Virus record (IMG/VR): IMGVR_UViG_3300035053_000267
Coordinates: 32,001 to 96,000 of that record
Origin: a virus
DNA: 64,000 nt
Reading direction: 5' to 3' (one strand)
A model generated the notes under the pieces. It did not search any database. It was given only the letters and a program-made list of their open reading frames with translations, and was not told the origin of the DNA. The position numbers and the translations under genes were made by a program. Shown one piece after another: positions 1-5,468 of the stretch. Every line of letters starts with the position of its first letter. Position 1 is the stretch's first letter.

Positions 1-241
1 ATGCTGTGCCTTTCTCTGGCTGTTTCGATCCGGTCAACTCTGCGTTGGGCATATGAGGCTCTATCAGCGTAATCGTGCATCCCTCGCTGACCGCCCATTC
101 TTTTTTTGTCTCCATGTCCTGAAAGTACCACGAGTCGCCCGTTGCCGAGGGCGTGTGTAGTACCTTGGCCCGACTGCAAAGCGTGTACTGTGCATTGTTG
201 AAGTTAACACATACAATGTCGCCTTCCTGAATTGATCTCAT
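1..241 (-). CDS. Cassette hypothetical protein (3' end off window)
   Basis: GGAAAGG RBS then ATG at 241; MRSIQEGDIVCV...HMPNAELTG, open to window edge. Confidence 0.65.
   Translation of the reverse strand, partial: MRSIQEGDIVCVNFNNAQYTLCSRAKVLHTPSATGDSWYFQDMETKKEWAVSEGCTITLIEPHMPNAELTGSKQPEKGTA
32..50 (+). repeat. attC-like site, right half (left half outside window)
   Basis: GGTCAAC-TCTGC-GTTGGGC; resembles right arm of site 4560-4664. Confidence 0.7.
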
Positions 242-268
242 GTTGTCCTTTCCGGCCTTGCGGTACGT

Positions 269-326
269 GCCCAACAAGGCCAATCGACGGTACGGCTATT
301 CGCCGCCCGTCATTGCTGCGTTGGAC
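269..326 (+). repeat. attC-like site
   Basis: GCCCAAC...CAAT(C)GACGG/CCGTCATTG...GTTGGAC. Confidence 0.85.
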
Positions 327-493
327 GTATCGTGTTTATCGAGAATCATGTTCACAGACCCAAGGCAGGATGTGAACGCGGCGCGTCCATCCGGACCAGC
401 CAGTTGACTGTTTTTCGCAACCTCAAGTTCGCGCTTCAAGTCGCGCAAATCGTCCAACAAAGAAGTGGACGCTACCTCATTTCGCTCGCTCAT
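296..493 (-). CDS. Cassette hypothetical protein
   Basis: ATGA overlap with upstream ORF inside attC loop; ends in next attC. Confidence 0.65.
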   Translation of the reverse strand: MSERNEVASTSLLDDLRDLKRELEVAKNSQLAGPDGRAAFTSCLGSVNMILDKHDTSNAAMTGGE

Positions 494-535
494 TCTTCGC
501 TCCCTTCATTCTGATCGTCACTTCCGGCGTTGGGC
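452..535 (+). repeat. attC-like site
   Basis: GTCCAAC...AGTG(G)ACG/CGTCACT...GTTGGGC. Confidence 0.85.
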
Positions 536-708
536 GTATAATCAGGGTTGTGCCAGACCGAAAACCCGTTCCGCTGCAAAACATCTGCGGCCACGCTGGT
601 CTGACAGAAGCCGTCCGACCCGTAATCCGTGTCCAGTTCCTTCGCCTTGCGAATGATGTCATTCGCGCTGGCCGGTTCGTCATCAATCATGTACTTTTTT
701 TCGTTCAT
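490..708 (-). CDS. Cassette hypothetical protein
   Basis: AAGGAG RBS; 72 aa; ends PNAGSDDQNEGSEE in attC. Confidence 0.7.
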   Translation of the reverse strand: MNEKKYMIDDEPASANDIIRKAKELDTDYGSDGFCQTSVAADVLQRNGFSVWHNPDYTPNAGSDDQNEGSEE

Positions 709-734
709 CGCTTTTCTCCTTTATGTTACGGAAC

Positions 735-793
735 GCCCAACAAGGCGCTCCAGCTTACTCCGCTTCGCTCCGAAGTTGAGCTAGTTATTGAGT
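735..793 (+). repeat. attC-like site (R' ATT variant)
   Basis: GCCCAAC-AAGGC-GCTCCAGC...GCTTCGC...GTTGAGC-TAGTT-ATTGAGT. Confidence 0.8.
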
Positions 794-1260
794 TTCCACG
801 CAATAACACGAGTTTTGCTTTCGTCAAGTTCGCTGTTATTGGAGAAGCAAAACCGAGGATCGGTCGGTTCCTCTAGTGTCATCTTATCCTCGGTTATTCG
901 ATCTGTGCGATAATGCAGAACCTTGCAAATCAAAGGTGCGCTGAATGGTGGGTGACTATCAGCGTGCCAGACATTAAAAGAAACCCAATGATCGCTTGGA
1001 ACAGACGCGGAAACCGCGCCGCTAAAGTGTGCGTTCGGCATACGTTCCCTTGCGGCATCCCACGCCTTTCGGACCATCGGATCGGCGTGACTTCCAATCC
1101 AATGTCCACCTTTCGTCCCGACCTCAACGACGTACCAGTGCCACCAATCGTATTCCGACTTCCAGCGCAGAACGCCGCCAGCCTGTTTCGTTGTCTCAAT
1201 CTCATCCGCCCACGCCCACGCAGACAGATGCCGAACAAGACGTTTAAATTTATCTTTCAC
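781..1260 (-). CDS. Hypothetical protein spanning two cassettes (reads through attC 983-1039)
   Basis: Likely GTG start at 1260 after AAGGAG (ORF track start 1302); no stop across internal attC. Confidence 0.55.
   Translation of the reverse strand: MKDKFKRLVRHLSAWAWADEIETTKQAGGVLRWKSEYDWWHWYVVEVGTKGGHWIGSHADPMVRKAWDAARERMPNAHFSGAVSASVPSDHWVSFNVWHADSHPPFSAPLICKVLHYRTDRITEDKMTLEEPTDPRFCFSNNSELDESKTRVIAWKLNN
983..1039 (+). repeat. attC-like site (degenerate R'')
   Basis: ACCCAAT...CGCGGAAACCGCG...GTTCGGC. Confidence 0.65.
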
Positions 1261-1301
1261 TCGCTTCGCTCCTTTCAGAAAACTCAATTTAGGCGTTGGC
1301 A
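1230..1301 (+). repeat. attC-like site
   Basis: GCCGAAC...GCTTCGC loop...GTTGGCA. Confidence 0.75.
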
Positions 1302-1603
1302 TCTACCCCCCACACGTCCCAAATGAACGCATGGACGTTCTCTTTGTCCCAAGCCTGCCGCGTCGCCCATCCGTCCTCTGATTCAGCAGGGATTCCGTGG
1401 CTGTCGAGCCACGTCCGGTACTCTCTCAAAAAATCGTGGTACTGACGCGGGGCCTGTGTTACCGCATGGATATACTCGGCAAGCGCAAGGTGGTCATCAA
1501 GGCATGTTCGGCACCTGTCAATCCAACAGTCAAAGTGATGCCGAACCGGAAATACCAACAAATCAGTAGAGGCCGTATCCATTCGATCGCTTTGTTCATT
1601 CAT
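1289..1603 (-). CDS. Cassette hypothetical protein
   Basis: Likely start MNEQ at 1603 (GGAGG RBS, ATGA overlap); N-terminus encodes an attC left arm at 1553. Confidence 0.65.
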   Translation of the reverse strand: MNEQSDRMDTASTDLLVFPVRHHFDCWIDRCRTCLDDHLALAEYIHAVTQAPRQYHDFLREYRTWLDSHGIPAESEDGWATRQAWDKENVHAFIWDVWGVDANA

Positions 1604-1749
1604 GCTAAAACCTCCCTTACCTCTGCACCATCCCATGTCGCCGCATACAACCATACACCGCGAACACACCACCGGCTGCACCTGACCGGACGGACGCGCG
1701 GGTTTGTCGATGTTTGCTGTGTGTTAGTTTGTGTATGTTTCTTATCCAT
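1600..1749 (-). CDS. Small hypothetical protein (49 aa)
   Basis: Starts inside degenerate attC loop; TGA overlaps ATG at 1603. Confidence 0.35.
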   Translation of the reverse strand: MDKKHTQTNTQQTSTNPRVRPVRCSRWCVRGVWLYAATWDGAEVREVLA

Positions 1750-1792
1750 TATTTACTTCCATTTCGCTCGTCAGGTGAATCGGGAGGTAACA
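1663..1792 (+). repeat. Degenerate attC-like site
   Basis: CACCTGAC/GTCAGGTG stem retained, core AAC/GTT triplets mutated. Confidence 0.5.
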
Positions 1793-2001
1793 GACAACCA
1801 TTGCGGATGTATCCCGCACCCGTCTACGCCGGGCAGCGCGACCTCGTAGTGGCAATCGTCGCCCTTATACGCAGTATAATCATGGGTAATTTCGCCTATC
1901 ATGCCGTCAATGGATTCCGGCCAGTCATTTATCCAGTAGCCGCGATCCTTCATCCAAGTAGACGCCCCACTTTTCACCTTTACGAATGTTCCAACCTTCA
2001 T
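1771..2001 (-). CDS. Cassette hypothetical protein
   Basis: AGGAG RBS; 76 aa, MKVGTFVKVK start. Confidence 0.7.
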   Translation of the reverse strand: MKVGTFVKVKSGASTWMKDRGYWINDWPESIDGMIGEITHDYTAYKGDDCHYEVALPGVDGCGIHPQWLSVTSRFT

Positions 2002-2012
2002 ATTATCTCCTG

Positions 2013-2072
2013 CGCCAACAAGGCGTTCCAGATTATTTCACTTTGCTCAAAATCTGAGATTTGTCGTTAACT
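2013..2072 (+). repeat. attC-like site
   Basis: CGCCAAC-AAGGC-GTTCCAGA...TCTGAGA...GTTAACT. Confidence 0.75.
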
Positions 2073-2323
2073 GACGCCGCTGGTCCCATACTTTGCTGGG
2101 CTGTGCGTAACATCCGTTTCGCTGTTTCGTGACGGGATTCGTCGGAGTACTTCATTTCGACCTGATGCAGCAACTCGCAGTACAGGCCGTTCAGGCGTTT
2201 GTTTTCCAGTTCAAACCGCAAGACCTCTTTATGCAGGGCTTCGTTCTCTTGCTCAAGGTCCGTTATATATGCCGCGCTGGTTTCCGGCAACTCGCCCCGT
2301 TCTATATCGCTTGGTTCTATCAT
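2033..2323 (-). CDS. Cassette coiled-coil hypothetical protein
   Basis: Likely start MIEPSD at 2323 after AAGGAG. Confidence 0.65.
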   Translation of the reverse strand: MIEPSDIERGELPETSAAYITDLEQENEALHKEVLRFELENKRLNGLYCELLHQVEMKYSDESRHETAKRMLRTAQQSMGPAASVNDKSQILSKVK

Positions 2324-2332
2324 TATATACTC

Positions 2333-2391
2333 CTTCAACAAGGCGCAGCAAGTGACTCCGCTTAGCTACGCGCTTGAGCTAGTTGTTGGGC
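2333..2391 (+). repeat. attC-like site
   Basis: CTTCAAC-AAGGC...CTTGAGC-TAGTT-GTTGGGC. Confidence 0.8.
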
Positions 2392-2392
2392 A

Positions 2393-2569
2393 TCACAACC
2401 GTACCCCGTCCCAGTTGACGCTGCTGAACCACACAGGCATGTGGTCAATGCTCTCGCGGTCTTCCTTGCGCCTCACGGCGTCTTCGAGGTCTTCCTCGGT
2501 CAGAACGCCGTGCGTGATCCGCGTTGTGTCCTTGTCCGTCTTCCAATATGCGTCATAATTGATTTCCAT
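2393..2569 (-). CDS. Cassette hypothetical protein
   Basis: Likely start MEINY at 2569 after GGAAAGG; stops just before R'. Confidence 0.65.
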   Translation of the reverse strand: MEINYDAYWKTDKDTTRITHGVLTEEDLEDAVRRKEDRESIDHMPVWFSSVNWDGVRL

Positions 2570-2596
2570 CGTTCCCTTTCCGGCCTTGCGGGACAT

Positions 2597-2654
2597 GCCC
2601 AACAAGGCCAATAGAGCGCACGTCTAACGCCGCCGCTCATTGCTGTCGTTGGGC
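2597..2654 (+). repeat. attC-like site
   Basis: GCCCAAC...CAAT(A)GAGCG/CGCTCATTG...GTTGGGC. Confidence 0.85.
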
Positions 2655-2785
2655 GTATACTTCTGTGTCCAGTCCGTCACTTGATGCTCTGCTGGCATCT
2701 TGTCTCCGCACTTTGGACACTTAGCCATGTCCTTCCGTTTTGGTACATTCACTGTTCCGCACCACTGACAATGCATCTGTTCCAT
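2624..2785 (-). CDS. Cassette zinc-ribbon protein
   Basis: CQWCG...CPKCG; GGAGG RBS before ATG 2785. Confidence 0.65.
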   Translation of the reverse strand: MEQMHCQWCGTVNVPKRKDMAKCPKCGDKMPAEHQVTDWTQKYTPNDSNERRR

Positions 2786-2797
2786 GGTCGTCCTCCC

Positions 2798-2857
2798 GCC
2801 CAACAAAGGGCTGCAATCTACCTCTCTTCGCTCGGAGCTTGAGCCCTGGCGTTCGGT
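2798..2857 (+). repeat. attC-like site
   Basis: GCCCAAC-AAAGG-GCTGCAAT...CTTGAGC...GTTCGGT. Confidence 0.8.
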
Positions 2858-2928
2858 GCCAATTCATTGCACCGCCAGCACTCCATGTCGTAATCGTTGT
2901 TCAGTTGCCCACAGTGATCGCATGTTCA
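2818..2928 (-). pseudogene. RanBP2-type zinc-finger mini-cassette, TGA at the Trp position
   Basis: *TCDHCGQLNNDYDMECWRCNELAPN...; no own start upstream of the finger. Confidence 0.5.
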
Positions 2929-2935
2929 CGTCGGC

Positions 2936-3017
2936 ACCGAACAAAACGCTGGAAAACTATCTCCGCTTCGCTCCGAAGTCTCCGCTTCGCTCCGAAGTCT
3001 CAGCTTCTGCATTGGCT
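2936..3017 (+). repeat. attC-like site with 19-bp tandem duplication in loop
   Basis: ACCGAAC...TCTCCGCTTCGCTCCGAAG x2 (2960-2978, 2979-2997)...ATTGGCT. Confidence 0.8.
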
Positions 3018-3199
3018 GCAAGGTCGCGCAATACCTTAGCCGCCCACTCACAGCGTGCCCGAATGTTCTCCCGCTCGCTCATCATGGCCAAGCTGACGCG
3101 CTCGTGTCGCATGAACCATTCCTGGTGCTTGCGGAAGATGTCGTCAAAAACGTCGGCAGCAGCCAACAAGGCGCTGGAGTCTATCGTCTGTCCGCTCAT
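2957..3199 (-). CDS. Cassette hypothetical protein
   Basis: ATGA overlap in attC loop. Confidence 0.65.
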   Translation of the reverse strand: MSGQTIDSSALLAAADVFDDIFRKHQEWFMRHERVSLAMMSERENIRARCEWAAKVLRDLAANAEAETSERSGDFGAKRR

Positions 3200-3238
3200 T
3201 CTTCGCTCCCTTCTTGACCGTCAAGACGGTCGTTCGGT
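3161..3238 (+). repeat. attC-like site
   Basis: AGCCAAC-AAGGC-GCTGGAG...GTTCGGT; loop shares a 20-mer with site 452-535. Confidence 0.75.
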
Positions 3239-3399
3239 TTCCAAAGCCCAAACGTGAACAGCCGTCCCCAGTCTATGAGTAGTGACTTCCAAAGAGGAAC
3301 TCGCATGTCTGGCATAAATGATGGCGTATCAAGCCGATTGAAAAACCGAACAAGGCACTTCAGCGCACCAATGAAGCCGCGCCAACCTTTCTGTTTCAT
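3196..3399 (-). CDS. Cassette hypothetical protein
   Basis: Likely start MKQKG at 3399 (GGAG RBS, ATGA overlap). Confidence 0.6.
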   Translation of the reverse strand: MKQKGWRGFIGALKCLVRFFNRLDTPSFMPDMRVPLWKSLLIDWGRLFTFGLWKPNDRLDGQEGSEE

Positions 3400-3450
3400 T
3401 CTCCACGTCCTTCCTGCGGCTTCATTGGCCGCTGAGTTTCGGCGTTCGGC
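3345..3450 (+). repeat. attC-like site
   Basis: ACCGAAC...CCAATGAAGCCGC/GCGGCTTCATTGG long stem...GTTCGGC. Confidence 0.85.
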
Positions 3451-3674
3451 TCGTATCCACAAGCGCGGCATGGGTATGGCCGTGAGCCAGAAATTTCTGC
3501 GCCGCATGATACGCAGTGATACGAGGCTGTCTGATTACGGGCATGGTGAGCCGCTAAAGCGGCGCCGGTCAGCCGCGTGCCCGCAAGGTCGATGAACGGC
3601 TCAGCCGAACCACTGGATGCAGGCTGACCGCCTGCGGTTTCTGTGGTTGCGGTGTTCGTAGATTCATCTTTCAT
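3396..3674 (-). CDS. Cassette zinc-ribbon protein
   Basis: CVSCG...CRACG. Confidence 0.65.
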   Translation of the reverse strand: MKDESTNTATTETAGGQPASSGSAEPFIDLAGTRLTGAALAAHHARNQTASYHCVSCGAEISGSRPYPCRACGYEPNAETQRPMKPQEGRGE

Positions 3675-3733
3675 CGTCTGTGTCTCCTTCGGTTTCTGAT
3701 TGTTCCCGGCGGCAGCTGATCCTGCCGTTCGAC
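3604..3733 (+). repeat. attC-like site
   Basis: GCCGAAC...CCGCC/GGCGG...GTTCGAC. Confidence 0.75.
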
Positions 3734-3930
3734 ACCATACACCGTATGCTGGAATAGAATCCGGTCAAGTGTCGCCTCCACTTCATCGGCCTGTGCTCAA
3801 ATGTGTGAGGCTTACACTTTCCGTCCGGCTTCATCAGCCCATCCCATCGGCATTTCCATGTTTCAGGGTGCTGATGCGGGCAGGGTGTCGAACCAGGCGC
3901 TGGAGAACTATCGTCAATCCGCTCGTTCAT
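3664..3930 (-). CDS. Cassette hypothetical protein
   Basis: Start in attC loop after AAGGAG; overlaps next start. Confidence 0.55.
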   Translation of the reverse strand: MNERIDDSSPAPGSTPCPHQHPETWKCRWDGLMKPDGKCKPHTFEHRPMKWRRHLTGFYSSIRCMVSNGRISCRREQSETEGDTDDER

Positions 3931-3973
3931 TCTTCACTCACTCCTTTCCGAAGTCTCAGCTTCGACGTTGGCC
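3887..3973 (+). repeat. attC-like site
   Basis: GTCGAAC...GCTG(G)AGA/TCTCAGC...GTTGGCC. Confidence 0.85.
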
Positions 3974-4221
3974 TCAAAGACGTGGAACACGAGCCCGCCG
4001 CCGTGAAGCTGAAACGTGCCGATGTAGTCACCGGGATCAGTAGCGCAGCAATGGCCGGTGCCGTACACGCGGAACGTCCGACGTTCCTGCGGGGCGTTCG
4101 AGTCCACCAGCGCCCACAGTTGCGGTTCGCCGTGCTGTTCTTGCACTGTCAGGATCTTCGCGCCTTGCGGCATGTCCAACGTGCATTCGGTGGTCAGTGT
4201 CCATTTCCAGATTGTTCTCAT
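3934..4221 (-). CDS. Conserved small phage protein (IWK...LWALVD...GTGH...YIGT...VFHVFE family)
   Basis: Recognisable motif pattern of a widespread uncharacterised phage family; GAAAGG RBS. Confidence 0.75.
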   Translation of the reverse strand: MRTIWKWTLTTECTLDMPQGAKILTVQEQHGEPQLWALVDSNAPQERRTFRVYGTGHCCATDPGDYIGTFQLHGGGLVFHVFEANVEAETSERSE

Positions 4222-4249
4222 GCTGTCCTTTCTGCTCGGTCAACCGTGA

Positions 4250-4307
4250 GGCCAACCAGGCGTTGGAGAATACGGCTTACAGCCGATTCTCAACTTTATC
4301 GTTCGGT
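4250..4307 (+). repeat. attC-like site
   Basis: GGCCAAC...GTTG(G)AGAAT/ATTCTCAAC...GTTCGGT. Confidence 0.88.
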
Positions 4308-4894
4308 TGAACTTCCGCAGGCCAGCGCCACTTGCCACGATCAAGGCATTCCACAATGGCGAGCGCCACGGCGGCTACCTGCACGGCTTCCTCTCGGATG
4401 TGCTCGGCGGCTGGCCCTCCAAACCGATCATGGAGTGCGCACTGGCACAGCTCGCCGTATTCCTCGCCGAGCACTGTTAGGTAGGCAAACGGGTCATGGT
4501 TTTGCTCGCCCCACTTCTCATCCTGCCGCCGCCGTTCTTCGAGCACGTCAACCAGTGCAACCGAACAAGGCGCTTCACTCGTACCGACAAAGGCCGGTTT
4601 TGCGTTGTCTGTCATGTCATTTCCTTTCTCCGGCTTTTGCTGGCCGGTCAGCTTGTCGTTGGGCTCCTCTGGTCCAAGGCCACAGCAGCCCTCCTCGGGG
4701 TACTCATGGAACCACGCCACGTGATCGTAGAAACGGCGCGTCTTCCCGTCGTCGTCGAGAACACCCTGCTCTGGTCCGTCAGCAATCTGGATTTCAGACT
4801 CTTCTTCTTCAGGGTCGTCCTTCGGGCCAAGAGGCGCGACGATCAACCCACAGAACTCAGCCAGCGTCCGAATCTCCTTGATCGTCAGTATCAT
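4277..4894 (-). CDS. Two-cassette fusion; C-terminal part (own start at 4615) is a MazG-like NTP pyrophosphohydrolase
   Basis: EERRRQDEKWG...EEYGEL...EEAVQVAAVA MazG-like pattern; frame open across attC 4560-4664. Confidence 0.7.
   Translation of the reverse strand: MILTIKEIRTLAEFCGLIVAPLGPKDDPEEEESEIQIADGPEQGVLDDDGKTRRFYDHVAWFHEYPEEGCCGLGPEEPNDKLTGQQKPEKGNDMTDNAKPAFVGTSEAPCSVALVDVLEERRRQDEKWGEQNHDPFAYLTVLGEEYGELCQCALHDRFGGPAAEHIREEAVQVAAVALAIVECLDRGKWRWPAEVQPNDKVENRL
4560..4664 (+). repeat. attC-like site
   Basis: ACCGAAC-AAGGC...GGTCAGC-TTGTC-GTTGGGC. Confidence 0.75.
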
Positions 4895-4920
4895 TGCTTT
4901 CCTTTCTGCTGGCCGGGTAA

Positions 4921-4978
4921 GCCCAACCAGCATTTCGAGCGTACCGGCTACCGCCGTCCGCTCAAATCGTTGTTGGCA
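4921..4978 (+). repeat. attC-like site
   Basis: GCCCAAC...ATTT(C)GAGCG/CGCTCAAAT...GTTGGCA. Confidence 0.88.
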
Positions 4979-4981
4979 TCT

Positions 4982-5155
4982 TCAATGATGGTCGATCTCG
5001 ATCCAATTGGCGTCCATGTCACAATCCGCAAGCGGGTTTCCTGCGCTAATGTCGTGACGGTAGCCAGTCTTGTACTCGATCCATTCTTCAATTTCGCGTT
5101 CTGTTGCCCCCGTCTCGGGCACTTCAATGACGAGCGACACATTGTATTGCTTCAT
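4982..5155 (-). CDS. Hypothetical protein (57 aa, not in ORF track)
   Basis: AAGGA RBS, MKQYNVSLVIEVPE...IEIDHH. Confidence 0.55.
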   Translation of the reverse strand: MKQYNVSLVIEVPETGATEREIEEWIEYKTGYRHDISAGNPLADCDMDANWIEIDHH

Positions 5156-5396
5156 CTCGTTCCTTATTATTTATAAGATTTATCAGCTCCTCTGGTAAAT
5201 CATCTGTCCAGAAGTCGTTTTCTTCACACTCAAAACCATATTTAAGACCCCAAAATTCTCTTATTGCTCCATGGCCCAGAACATCGTTGTCACGCCACCC
5301 TGAGAGTTTTTCTCTGCCATGGGCAGAGAATACCTCTTTATCAGTTAAGTAAAATAGTTTGTTATCTTTTTCAATCCAGCTTATAAAATTGCACAT
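5124..5396 (-). CDS. Short paralog of the N-terminal domain of 5463-6347
   Basis: Near-identical first ~50 aa (MCNFISWIEKDNKLFYLTD...). Confidence 0.6.
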   Translation of the reverse strand: MCNFISWIEKDNKLFYLTDKEVFSAHGREKLSGWRDNDVLGHGAIREFWGLKYGFECEENDFWTDDLPEELINLINNKERDEAIQCVARH

Positions 5397-5403
5397 GTTT
5401 ACT

Positions 5404-5468
5404 CCTTAATTGTTTGAAATGCAGCCGACAGGATGCAGCTCCCTGTCGGCTGTACGCTGTTATTATGT
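5404..5468 (+). repeat. Degenerate attC-like hairpin at array edge
   Basis: CAGCCGACAGG/CCTGTCGGCTG stem with AAT/ATT cores. Confidence 0.4.

Noticed and set aside
2926-2928. TGA-to-Trp recoding
   Set aside because: TGA acts as stop in many ATGA overlaps and long genes are intact in the standard code; a point mutation is simpler
4948-5142. ORF-track 64-aa ORF ending ANN in attC
   Set aside because: Alternative frame 4982-5155 has an RBS and ATG and more protein-like composition; excluded from the frame-lock count
3700-5176. Long plus-strand ORFs 3700-4881 and 4496-5176 as conventional sense cassette genes
   Set aside because: They span several attC sites, lack RBS and recognisable motifs; the minus-strand ORFs have RBSs and known folds
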